Assembly (NCBI GenBank): GCA_026770705.1
Contig: JANJGN010000002.1
Coordinates: forward strand, 53,010,001 to 53,074,000
Source: Isurus oxyrinchus
Taxonomy: Eukaryota
Reading direction: 5' to 3'
Length of the DNA stretch: 64,000 bases
Each line of letters begins with the position of its first letter. The first letter of the stretch is position 1. Under the pieces are notes generated by a model that did not search any database, was not told the DNA's origin, and was given only the letters and a program-made list of their open reading frames with translations. Made by a program: the position numbers and the translations under genes. Positions 51,147-63,114 of the stretch are shown piece after piece.

Positions 51147-52556
51147 TGTTTTGATCCCTGATGAGGCTACTCCTGGACAAGCCTGATCCCAAAGTGGAAC
51201 CCAGCCTGATAGATCCTAACTTTTAATTTGTTTGTTTAGATACGTGGAAAGTGGCTACTGAACAGAGTCACCAGAGTCAGCTAATGAACTTTTAATGAAA
51301 GAATAAAACATTATTAAATAAGAGAAAGATGAACTATATTACAATACTTCTTCACCCACAACTATACTTTTACAGATATATACTGATTTGTAAGGAAAAC
51401 ACAAGTTACAAAAGCTATCTTATACTTTAACGTTCACAGTAAATACACAGTCCATGTAAACTAATAGGCACAGACATACCACATGCTGAAACTATGTTAC
51501 AGATGCCACCTCAACCAGATGCTATGGAATTCCCCTCAGCTCCCACTCCACAGACACTTGTCACACCATGAGCCAACCGGTCTCACTGAACTCCATCTTT
51601 CACATGAGAGCTTCCAATCTCCATTTTCCAAGAACTCGCCTTGAAATCTTCTCCCAAACTGACACTTTCTCACAGATACCTTTCGCAAGGGTTCATCTCC
51701 AGGGTTTCGAACTCTCCTTCCGATGTTCCTCTTTCTGGGTCGCCAATTCAGCCATCAACAATACCATTGCCCTTTACATGCCCAGAGCAAAGAGTTACAG
51801 ACCTTCAGTTGTCTCTTTGGACCTTCTTATCTCTTGCAAACTGTTCTCACTTTAAATCTGCTTTCTGCAGCTTGGAGCTTTAAATCTGAAGCTTGAAGCC
51901 TTTCTATTTGCCCTCACTATTAACTTTAGCAGGACCTTTTCCAGGTTCCTATCCTTCCTTTTGTCCAAAGGTCTGCTTGGGACTTCCTTCTGTTCCACTC
52001 CCATAGATTTTGGGGTCTTTTCATTAGCTTGGGACTGGCTATCTATCCCCTTTTAGGCTGCTTCTCTGGCAGCTATCTTCAAAATCTGCTGAACTCCAAC
52101 AGCTTTCAAAACAAACTGCTGTTTCTAGCTTTTCTGTGTGTGTGTCTGTGGGAGAGACCTGCCCCTCAGGACCCCATTGCTAGGCAACAGCCCAATTCTT
52201 CTGAAGAAGAGTCAAACGGACTCGAAACATTAATTCCATCTTTGTCACTGCAGATGCTGTCAGACCTGCTGAGTTTTTCCAGCAATTTTTGTTTTTGTTT
52301 ATGATTTCCAGCATCCACAGTATTTTGCTTTTAGCCCAAGTCTTCTAATCTTGTTTGTCTACCTTAGCTGCAACAGCCATAAAAAACCTCATCAGAAATG
52401 TAGGCACTTTTTGAAAGTGAAACTAAAACTCAATTTGACCTTTCTTAACACAATGATACAGAAATACAAATCAAACCTAAACTTTAAAACTAAAATTAAT
52501 TCCTAACGCCTACAAATACCGATGTAACTTATTTAAACTATATCTATTTCTTAACA
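51147..52556. mobile_element. Solo LTR (about 1.4 kb)
   Basis: TGTT...AACA termini; 4-bp TSD acat/acac; removing it restores LINE continuity (tcacat-tgaggatacc). Confidence 0.8.
52196..52332 (+). mobile_element. Short Penelope-derived unit with TSD, nested in LTR
   Basis: agcccaa flanks both sides (52189-52195 and 52333-52339), extendable to agcccaa(t/g)tcttct; CTGAAGA A GAGTC aaacg GACTC GAAAC ATT. Confidence 0.8.
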
Positions 52557-53146
52557 ACACTGAGGATACCCTCCATCGTGTTGTGTGGCACGATCACTGT
52601 TCTAAGTGGAATAGATTTCGAACAGATCTAGCAACTCAATACTGGGCAACCATGAGGCGCTGTGTGCTCTACCTTTACCACCAATCCTGGTTCAATGAAG
52701 AGTGCAGGAGGGCATGCCAGGAGCAGCACCAGGCATATCTAAAAATGAGGTGTCAACCTGGCGAAGCTGCAACCCAGGACTACTTGCATGCCAAACAGCA
52801 TAAGCAGCAAGTGATAGAAAGAGCCAAGGTCGTCCCTGGGGCGTGCGGGAGCCCGGGGCAAATCACACTGTGTGGGCCCCTGTAACAGTTTTAGACAAGT
52901 TTCCTCCAATGGCTGGGGCCTGAGCATGTATGTGAAAAGGAGCACCAGGAGCGTCCCAACTACTGAGCACTCAGTTACAAGCGCGTACTGTGCTATTGAC
53001 TGTGAAAACTGTGCCACACATAAAATTACACCTTGCTTTCAAGGCTGAACATAATTGTTAGCTCTCCTTTTTTAAAGAGAAATCCATGATCTGTATGGGA
53101 TTCCATTATAACATTTTTACTAACACAACGCACACCCCAAACTTTA

Positions 53147-53256
53147 AGGCCGGAATTTTCCAGCCCCTCACGCCAGCGGGATCTTCCAGTCCCACCGTGA
53201 ATGGAGATTTCAATGGCTCACTGGCCTCGTCATGGTGGAGCTGGAAAATCCTGTCA
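53147..53256. mobile_element. Very short Harbinger-type MITE (about 110 bp)
   Basis: Inverted ends ggaattttccagc / gctggaaaatcc. Confidence 0.55.
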
Positions 53257-53759
53257 TCACTGCAATCAACATTTTTCTTAAATATGAGGAACAAAATGTT
53301 ATTCTTGCCTTTCCAGCCTGGAAGTTCTACTTTGACATGGGGATGGAAAACAAAACAGGGTAGATTGTTGACTTGTCCACCTGCGGGGGTGGGGGTGTGG
53401 GGCTAGTAATCTGATGAAGCTGGTCATCTCATTTATGGAATCCACTCTGCTCTCAATCCTGCTCCAGATGAAAAGTCAGGCTGTTTCAACAGCAAACAAA
53501 CAATCCGCTGTGTTAGGTTATGGAAGACAATAACCTACACTCACCTCTCTAGCCGGTGTCCCTTCCCTCCATTCAGTGAAGCTGCTGTTCCATCCTCCTC
53601 AATGACATTTCTCACCTTTGCAATGTAATCAATAATCCGACTTTTTTTTTAAATGGCTTTCCACCTTCCAACATTAAGCAAATGTTAGTTTCAAATGCGT
53701 ACTGGAACAAAAATAAAATAAGAAGCAGAGGGTTTCAATTGCCCAGGACCAAAAATAAA

Positions 53760-54015
53760 CACAGTAAGTGAATGACTTACCCCGCAGGTCGGACGCTATG
53801 CGCTATATGCCCACTTTAAAAACATTAATTGATATGGAAATTTCATCTTTCCCCTCTGTGGTGAATGAGAGTTGGAATAAAAGCCATCCTGCCGCTGCCA
53901 CTGAGGTCAGCGCTACCGTATCTGAGGGTGACGGATGGTGCTGAGCCAACACCATGCTTCCGGTCGTCCAAACTGCTGTCTTGGCAGTGATTTATCCCAG
54001 TTCATATGGTATTAA
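53760..54015. promoter_or_regulatory. Second CpG-enriched, non-repetitive island; candidate promoter/first exon of a neighbouring gene
   Basis: CpG cluster, ETS core CTTCCGG at 53957-53963, Kozak-like caccATG at 53954, possible donor G|gtatta near 54009. No downstream exons identified. Confidence 0.35.
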
Positions 54016-54289
54016 TCTGCTTTCTCTTCTACCTTTTTATCAGTTTTGAAGAGGGATACGTGCTTCATTTATTCTCTTATTTCCACCAGTAAACACCCAT
54101 TTTGAGTTTAGAGTGCAAGAGACAATGAATTAGCTGGTATGTACTACAGGTTGTATTACATCTTACACTGATGTGATGTCCAAGCACGGGACCCCCCAAA
54201 GAGCAGGGCTCAGGGCGGTCACCCGATTCGCCGTACCCTAGGGACAGGTCTGGACAGAACAAAGCAATTCCACACTCAACAAATCAGGT

Positions 54290-55779
54290 CTAAGCTTTGC
54301 AGTCCTGCCACATCCAGTCATGAATGTGATGGACAATTAAACAACTCACTGGAGGAGGAGGGTCCACAAATATCCCCATCCTCAATGATGGGGGAACCCA
54401 GCACATCAGTGCAATAGATAAGGCTGAAGCATTCGCAATAATCTTCAGCCAGAAGTGCCATGTGAATGATCCATCTTGGCCTTCTCCAGAGGTCCCCACC
54501 ATCACAGATGCCAGTCTCAGCCAATTTGATTCACTCTATGTGATATCAAGAAACAGCAGAAGGCATTGGATACTGCAAAAGCTATGGACCCTGACAATAT
54601 TTCGGCAATAGTCCTGAGGACTTGTGCTCCAGAACTTGCTGTGCTCCTAGCCAAGCTGTTCCAGTACAGCTAAAAAAACAGGCATCTACCTGGCAATGCA
54701 GAAGTTGCCCAGGTATGTCCTGTACACAAAAAGCAGGGCAAATCCAATCTGGCCAATTAACACCCCATCAGTCTACTCTCAATCATCAGTAAAGTGATGT
54801 AAGGCGTCATCAACAGTGCTATACAGCAGCACTTGCTTAGCAATAACCTGCTCACTGATGCTCAGTTTGAGTTCCGTCAGGGCCACTCAGCTCCTGACCT
54901 CATTACAGCCTTGGTTCAAACATGGACAAAAGAGCTGAATTCCAGAGGTGAGGTGAGAGTGACTGCCTTTGACATCAAGGCAGCATTTGACCGAGTGTGG
55001 CATCGAGGAGCCCTGGCAAAAATTGAGTCAATAGGAATTAGGGGGAAAACTCTCCACTGGTTAGAGTCATATCTAGCACAAATGAAGATAGTTGTGATTA
55101 TTGGAGGTCAATCATCTCAGTTCCAGGACATTACTGCAGTAGTTCCTCAGGGTCGTGTCCGAGGCCCAACAATCTTCAACTGCTTCATCATAAGCACCTT
55201 CCTTCCATCATAAGGTCAGAAGTGAGGATGTTTGATGATTGCATGATGTTCAGTACCATTTGCGGCTCCTCAAATACTGAAGCAGTCCATGTCCAAATGC
55301 AGCAAAACCTGGACAATATCCAGGCTTCGGCTGACAACTAGCAAATAACATTTGCACCACACATGTGCCAGGTAGTGACCACCTCCAACAAGAGAGAATC
55401 TAATTATCACCTCCTTGACATTCAATGACATTATCATCGCTGAATTACCTACTATCAACATACTGGGGGTTACCATTGACCGGGAACTAAACTGGAATAG
55501 CCATATAAATACCATGGCTATAAGAGCAGGTCAGAGGCTAGCAATCCTGTGGCGGATAACTCACCTCCTGACTTGGAAATATATTGCCATTTCTTTGCTG
55601 TTGCTGGGTCAAAACCCTGGAACTCCCTCCCTAATAGCATTGTGTGTGTACCTACACCACAGCGACTGCAGCAGTTCAACAAGGCAGCTCACCACCACCT
55701 TCTCAAAGGCAGTTAGGGATGGGCAATAAATGCTGGCCTAGCCAGTAACGTCCACATTCCATAAGTGAGTAAAAAAAAC
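54290..55779 (+). mobile_element. 5'-truncated LINE (CR1/L2-group) RT fragment with 3' tail
   Basis: LTDAQFEFRQGHSAPD, AFDIKAAFDRVWH, VPQG..GPT, INILGVTIDRELNW; ends in an A-run at about 55771-55778. Confidence 0.9.
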
Positions 55780-56927
55780 TTATACCTGGTCGTAAATCAG
55801 ATTGGTCTAATGTTCCACTGGCATGGCATGTAATTAGGAGGGAGAACGTGATTCTGGTGAGTTGCGTTTTTAATGAGCATTAATGATATATTCATGTATG
55901 CAAATTTGTTTCCCAACATGGGTCAATGGGAAAGTCGACCCGCGATTAGGCTGTCATGAAAGCGCTGAGGGGAAGATTCAGACTTATTTTCCTGCCGGCA
56001 GAAATCCAAATTTGGCCTAGTCTAAATTTCCTGCTCCCACTTGCCAAAATTCTGGCAGGATTGGAAAATTCCATCCTTAATCTTTAAAGCATTCAGGTCT
56101 TCTAATGGTACCCGTTTGATTTGTTGTTGGCTGTTCACCTGGTGCTTCCTGATTCCTGGGATGACATTGCCACTCTGGGGAATTTTGCTGCCCTAATGTT
56201 GCTGCTGTGCTAATTGTTGCTGCTGATCGTTGCATTTGTTGGGGAACTGTTGACCTCTGGGACTGAAGCTCATTCATTCCTTGTTAAGTTGGCAAAATCA
56301 AATCTGCCTGATCATCTGTCTGCTGTGAAGGAGCAGATTCTCCAGTTGTACACAGATGAATGCAACAACAGATCTGGTTGTTCACTTTCATTGTGTACAA
56401 TCGAGGTGACAACTTCTGTACCAAGTTGCCATGTTGGCTGATTTTTGTTGAGTGCATTGAATAGTTGCACTCTGACTGGCTCTCCAACTCACAGTTTTAG
56501 CAACAGTTTGGCAGCTTTATCAAAGTGAAATTTGGCTTTCTGTCACTTTGTTTTAATCTTGTCACTCACTCCTGTTACTACTTCTAGCTTCAATAGTTTT
56601 GCAGCTGTTGGAAGAGTGTTCTGGAAGCAGCATGACATTAGTCGCTGGAGTGGGCTACTTTCCATTTCTTCAGCAGCTGTGTTTCGCTATTCTAAGACAT
56701 CTGTGCTGGATCTAATCAATTTTTTGATGATCTCTTTGACAATTTTCACCAATGCCTTAGCTTTTCCATTTGACTGGAGATAGTGTGGAGATGATGGCTC
56801 GTGCTGAATTTCCCAATCATTCAAGGAGTGCCTGCATTCTCCGTTCACGAACTGAGGGCTATTGTTGCTCATCACAATGTCATGAATGCCATGGCGACTG
56901 AAGTGTGTTTTCAGGCATTCTATGATC

Positions 56928-58054
56928 TGTTTCAGACAGGGAACAAGATAAGATGGTTCCCCTTTTTTCTACCTCTCCACTAACTGCAACAAGATGTGCT
57001 TTAAAGAAGTATTTAACCCCTTGAGTACTATGACTTTCAAGAACAGACACAAGTCAGGCTTTCTCATAGGTTTTCTCATAGATTTAAATTAAAAGAAAGA
57101 ACAAACATTTATTTTTTCAATACCCAAAATGTGATCATAACAGCACATACTCACTTATTCACACAAGACACACTCACACAATAAAAGATGATTACAAAAG
57201 ATGAAGATTTTTAAAGAATCCAAAAAGTCACTTTTACTATTAGCTCTTGAGATAGTAGCTAGAAATATTGCAGGCCTGAGGATACTCTCTTGGTTCACTG
57301 AAGGCAATGGAGTTTGTAAGTTTTCTGGCAATTAATTCATAATGGCTTACTCTATGCAACAACAGGTTTCTGGCTTTGCTCCAGTCAAAGTTGTATACAA
57401 GCCCCATTAGTGAAGATGCAGTCTGCAGGTAAAGAATAGCCCACATTTCTGCCTACGGTGAATTTCTAGGCAGGGTTCTTCCATTTTTGGGCTTAATCTC
57501 TTCCCTCTGTGGTCTCTTTGTCTCCGAGACTAAACGACCCCAACTGTTCAAAATGTGAATTAATAAGGTGTTTCTTACCGTAAACTGGTCTCTATCATGT
57601 GACTACATTATCAGTGTTCCCATTGTCCACACAAATGGTTCCTGACGACATTAGCATTGACAAATATTTGGGTTTGAATGTCAGCCACTTGCACCTTCTT
57701 GTGATAAAGTGGTTTTCTTCACACCAACTTTGTGGAATTTCAGTTTGCAGCCATTATGCATTAGTTTCTGTTTACAATAGTAGCTGTCCCAAGTATGCAG
57801 GAGAAAGCTGGTGAATTTCTAATCGCCTGACAAGAGAATGTCCAAAAGTTCATTACATTTTAATATCCTGACCATACAAGCAAGCTACTTCCAGCCTCAG
57901 GCAATTTCATGTGTTTGCAGACAAGGGGGAATGTTACCTGACCCCCTGAAATCCATCTTGTGTCAAGGTAAATTATCAATTATCATTCTGCTTTTTAAAA
58001 GTAAAATGTCCATTATTTTTCAAAAATTCTCAGTCATAATATGAGGGCATAACA
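56928..58054. mobile_element. Solo LTR inserted in the Gypsy integrase
   Basis: TGTTT...TAACA termini, TSD gatc/gata; the integrase reading frame is continuous across the insertion (NTSVI|IECLKTHF). Confidence 0.8.
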
Positions 58055-58238
58055 GATAACACTGGTATTTGTTGATGCCAGCTGGTCTAACTCCCAGTAG
58101 TCTGAACATTAATCAACTGTGACAAGATAATAAGTTCCTGTGAAAGTGATGAGGTCTACTCCAAACTTCATCCATGGTCTGTCTAGAATGTCATGAGTCA
58201 TGAGCGGTTCTTTAGCTTGCTTAGTTTGATGTTTATTA

Positions 58239-59104
58239 CATAGAAACATAAAAGCATAAAAAATAGGAGCAGGAGTAGGCCATTCGGCCCCTCAAGCCTG
58301 CTCCACCATTCGTCATGATCATAGCTGATCACCCAACTCAATAATCTGCTCCTGCTTTCTCCCCATATCCTTTGATCCCTTTCGGCCCAAGAGCTATATC
58401 TAACTCCTTGAAAACATACAATGTTTTGACCTCTACTACTTTCTGTGGTAGCGAATTCTACAGGCTCACCACTCTCTGGGTGAAGAAATTTCTCCTCATC
58501 TCAGCCCTAAATGGTCTAGCCCATATCCTTAGACTGTGACCCCTGGTTCTGGACTCCCTCACCATCGGGAACATCCTTCCTGCATCTACCCTGTCTAGTC
58601 CTGTTAGAATTTTATAGGTTTCTATGAGATCCCCCCTCATTCTTCTGAACTCCAACGAATATAATCCTAACCAGCTCAATCTCTCCTCATATGTCAGTCC
58701 CGCCATCCCAGGAATCAGTCTGGTAAACCTTCACTGCACTCCCTCTATAGCAAGAACATCCTTCCTCAAATAAGGAGACCAAAACTGCACACAATATTCC
58801 AGGTGTGGTCTCACCAAGGCCCTGTATAATTGCAGCAAGACATTCCCGCTCCTGTACTCAAATCCTCTCGTTATGAAGGCCAACATACCATTTGCCTTCT
58901 TTACCACCTGCTGCACCTGCATACTTACCTTCAGCGACTGGTATACGAGGACACCCAGGTCTCGTTGCACATTCTCCTCTCTCAATTTATAGCTATTCAA
59001 ATAATAATCTGCCTTCCTGTTTTTGCTACCAAAGTGGATAACCTCACATTTATCCACATTATACTGCATCTGCCAGGCATTTGCCCACTCACACAGATTG
59101 TCCA
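58239..59104 (-). mobile_element. CR1 3' fragment inserted in the Gypsy integrase
   Basis: WQMQYNVDKCEVIHFG, VRPHLEYCVQFWSP, LGLYSLEFRRMRGDLIE; 3' microsatellite-like tail at 58239-58260. Confidence 0.95.
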
Positions 59105-59904
59105 TGCACTGCAGTGGCTGATGTGGTCCTTAATTTCATTTCTCATGGCCAGTAGAGCATTTCTTTTGCTTTCCACAGCCTGGTTTCGATTCCTTGATGG
59201 CTTGCATAAATGCACTTCAGCATCTCTTTTCCTGCCTCTTAAGGAACAATGACTCTAGTTCCTTTGTACAGGAGACCATCTTGGGCAATCCAACATCATC
59301 TCTGATGCCCAATTCTCTCTCATAGCAATAGATGTGTTCTTGATAGTTTCAGGCCAATTGCATCTTGTTGAGTAGTTTGCTTCATCTGAGCAAGACACTT
59401 GTCTGCCAGAATCTGCTCAGCAGTCAATGGCCTGGTGTCATACGAAACACGACAAATCTCTTTTGGTGAGGAGTATTACCAGTCTAAGCTTTTGGCGTTT
59501 TTGAAGGGATTTCATTTAGTGTTCAATATCTGGAATTACAGATCTTTTTTCTTCCTGTTGTTTTGGACCCTCAGATAGTTTGTCCTCTTGGGGTGAGCAT
59601 CCTGCCAACATAAAGCCTTTACCATTGAGTGCTTCATTTTGGTTCATTATCTTAAGAAACTTCACACAAGTCTGCTGAGCTCATAATGTTGCATGTTGCA
59701 CCAGTGTCTATCTGACACTTCACATTCACTTGATGCTCTTCTTTACTCGTCATTCCAACAGGCACAAACCAATTTGATTTTGAAAGTTGGCAGTGCCTGC
59801 CTGTTCTAGGGTATAGAGTTACTCTTCAGAATCATTGTCTGACATCTCTCCAGCAGCCATCTTTATGGGCTTGCTTTCTTCTTTCTAGCAAAATACTTGT
59901 TTGA

Positions 59905-62043
59905 AAAGAAGGTATGCCAGGCTGATTGGCTCAATTTATTGTGGAGAAACTAGGAACACTTTCTCATTGGTCAAAAGTTGCAAATATCTGATTAAGAAGT
60001 TGTTAGTTCCGTTGAACAAGTGCACCACAAGCATGTTGCAGAGTTACTTCCAAAAAGGGGAAAAATAGGGGTGCATTACTAAGATCTTTGCACTTGCTTA
60101 GGGAATAGCACTTGTCACAAAAGACTTGCTTAGGGACATTTGTCAGGAGAGTCAAAGTTAAGCACTTGCTAGGGAGTTAGCAATTGCACAGGACATTGTC
60201 AATCGAGTAATTCTGGTGTCGATGTAAAAGGTTCTTTACGTGACTATTGCTCACTAGGGACTGGCTGATGGCAATTGTGAGATAGGAGAACCTTATGTGA
60301 ATTGATTTTGCACAAGGACCCGTCTGTCAATGAGCCCCTCCTGCACGGGAACAGCCCTGGGTACGTAGCCATGCCTCCCAGCTGCTGTACCATTGGCAGC
60401 CTCCTCATCCTCTTTTGTTTGGGAATCAGCAGAATGGATGAGGGCATTCTCATCCTCTTCATCGTCTTAATCCTCCTTCTCCTCAGAGGTTGGAGCTCTG
60501 GAGCGGCAGATTTAATTGATTTCTAGGCTGCTCCATGGCACAATGTCGTGCAGAATACAACACATCACGACTATTCTTGATACCCTTGCTAGTGCATACT
60601 GAAAGGCACCACCAGGGAGATCAAGGCACTGAATCTCATTTTTAAAATGCCAATGGCCTGGCTGGATTGTATCCCTTGTGACAACATGGCTGCTGTTGTA
60701 GTTGCACTCTGCCTCAGTTTGAGGGGTACTGAAGGGGGTCATTAGCCAGGTTCTTAGGGGGTAGCCCTTGTCCCCCTAGGAGGGAACCATAGACCTGTGA
60801 GGGTGGCTGAAATAGCCGAGGGAGTTGGTATCTCCTTAGTGCGAAGGATTCTACCAGGGAACCATGCACACACTTGAAGGAAGACCTTGTTGTGGGCACA
60901 AGCCCCCTGGACATTAATGATTGGAAAGACATTCGGTTGATGAAGGTGTCTGATTTATGAGTTGGAGCCTTTATGTCAACATGGGTGCAATCAATAACAC
61001 CCTGCACCTGAGGGCAGCCTGCTGACTGACCAAAGGCTGTGGCTCTTTGCATCTGAGATGCTAAATCTACAGAGAAATTAATGAGGTTTCCGCACACATG
61101 CAAACAGGGCACTAGTTATAGCCTTGATGTAGCTGTGTGCTGCTGACTGGGATATACCAAACAGGTCTCCTGATGATCCCTGGAAAGAGCCTGAGGCATA
61201 AAGATTGAGAGCAACTGTTCTCTTCACAGCCACAGGCAGGGTGTGGGGTCAATGGTGTGTAACTTGAGTTATTGCTGGACATGTGACATATGTCTGTCAC
61301 CACCTCACAACTTAGCCTCAATTACTTTCAATACCGGTTCTCCGTCATATTGAGGTGTGATGTCCTAGGTCTGTACACCCTTCCCATAGGGTATCACCTG
61401 ATTGTCCTGCCTCTCCGCCTCCTCCTTCCTGTTGCATGTAGCGCTGCCTCTTACTCCTGACCTTCTGCCCCCACCCTGGCCTCTGGCTGCTAAAGTTGAT
61501 TGGTTTCTATGTGCAAGGGTGCCATATCCATCTTGTCTCTTCCTTCCCACAAAGCGCAATGCACACTTCTCAAGCACAGCGTTCTTCCTGGGACCTGGGT
61601 GCATGAGTCAGTAGGGACAAAAAAAATCTGCCCTGCGAGTTCAGGAGAGCCACCTTCCTACACCCTTGGGTAAAGCAAAACAGTTTGAATTGAGTTTTTG
61701 TCAATTTTGGGGCAGTTAAGACAAGCTTAAAGCAAACTCCACAAGGGTACCTGCACCTCTCCAAAATGGTATCCTGGTTATCCAAAGAAATGAGCAAAGT
61801 TCAGACCTGCTCCTACCAGGTCTACTCTGCGCATGTCACTTTTCAGACACCTGTGAGTGGAGATGGCTACTAATTTATATGAGCAGCTTCCTCCATAAAA
61901 TGCACCTGCACAAACCCCAACTCAGGTACATTCCCACGTGAACCTGGTAGGTGCCCTGTTTGGGAGCAGGACTTCTGATTTCCAGGCCGTCCACCATTTT
62001 CGCTACAACAGAGACCCCCTCTGCCATTGTGAAAATTCAGACC
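59905..62043 (-). mobile_element. Harbinger element with HARBI1-like transposase pseudogene, inserted in Gypsy gag
   Basis: TIR GGTCTGAATTTT ending at 62043; YPMGRVYRPR..LNMTE, QVQGVIDCTHVDIKAP, FINR, GDKGYP (60758-60775), MTP, CCILHD and an acidic tail; multiple frameshifts. Left end unclear. Confidence 0.85.
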
Positions 62044-62454
62044 ATAGCGTCCATAAATAACATTAATAGAGGGCTCAAACTGGGTCTTCAAGGCCTCCAA
62101 AATTTCACAAGTCAAGCTTTTCTGCTCGTCAGTGAAATCTCAGATGCAATAGAACTTGTAGCACTCTTTCTCCACCACTAATAACAGAGTTGCTACTCCT
62201 ATTTGTTCAGGTGCCTTGCTTAACTCTGTGGCAACCTAATAATACTGCTATTGAGACTGGAAGAATTTCTAATTCACTCTCAAATCCCCCTTCATCTCAC
62301 AGGAGCAGGTACTGAAATATTTGAAAACATAATGACTCACCCAGCTGTTGATTCCCTATACAAAGTTGCAGATTGAAGTTTTAATTATTCCCTGTTGTTA
62401 TCACAGCTGCAGTATCTTTTACAGCTATCAAAATCCATTGAATCCCAGCTACAT

Positions 62455-62467
62455 ATTTCTGACACCA
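62455..62467 (-). promoter_or_regulatory. Primer-binding site (tRNA-Leu-like) of the Gypsy element
   Basis: ...ACA TGGTGTCAGAAAT, complementary to a tRNA 3' end UUCUGACACCA. Confidence 0.75.
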
Positions 62468-63114
62468 TGTTCCACGTTGTGTGTAAAATGATTACTGCCC
62501 AAAACCTTTATTTATAAAAAATGACGTCACATGAGCATGCCAAAACAAAGTGTACAATGGTATTTACCCAAACAATTATAAATTTTCATTATTCTCCCTC
62601 AGTTCACCAGGTGCTCATCTTTAACTTGGATAGGTCAGATTTTAAAATTTATAGTACAGATGTTTATAGTTCACAATTTAGATTTTCAGCTATTATTGTA
62701 TGTAGAGGAGAATGGTTTTGACCTGGCCACAGGCAAGTAGCAAGGGCAGTACATCCATAAAGTTGCTCAAATATTGATTGAATGTTACAGTCCATATAGT
62801 ACTTTGATGTCTAGGTTCACAGTGGTGCCAGATTCTCAAATGCAGAGCTTTCTACTGGCGATGCTTTTCTAGGCATTTCACCAAGGGATATCTCTGCAAA
62901 CAACTAAGGCAAGCAGTTGGGTGTGCAAGAGCAGCAAATACAGGAAATCCCTCCGTGCATAATAAAATGGCACAGAGGTAATTTCTAAGAGAGTGCATAA
63001 ATTGTGTGGCAAAGATTACTGAAGAAAGTTTTGCACCAATGAACAGCTCTATTCAAATGGGATTAAGATCAAACAAACTGTTCCATGATCTTGTACCATC
63101 AGAGCAATTAGAAA

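Larger units (their letters stand above)
50740..52830 (+). mobile_element. Rearranged fragments of second LINE family, split by a solo LTR
   Basis: INILGVTIDQKLNWTSHIN-like sequence at 50800-50860; endonuclease-region ttgacctcattctcaccaacctg; continues tgaggataccctccatcgtg after 52560 (WFNEECRRACQEQHQAYLKMRCQP). Confidence 0.8.
56077..62547 (-). mobile_element. Fragmented Ty3/Gypsy provirus
   Basis: PBS TGGTGTCAGAA (62457-62467) next to an LTR end; gag-like ILEALKTQFEPSINVIY; protease KCQIDTGATCNIM (about 59670-59740); integrase zinc finger HQGIE..YWP..CSAC (about 59105-59290); PWMKFGVDL (58060-58230); core SNNSPQF, SSPHYLQSNG (56690-56920). RT largely deleted. Confidence 0.9.

Noticed and set aside
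60085-60180. CRISPR-like array
   Set aside because: Repeats are only about 14 bp, three copies, in a eukaryotic TE with no cas genes.
60400-61600. Domesticated HARBI1 host gene
   Set aside because: Multiple frameshifts and stops, a retained TIR, and insertion inside a Gypsy gag.
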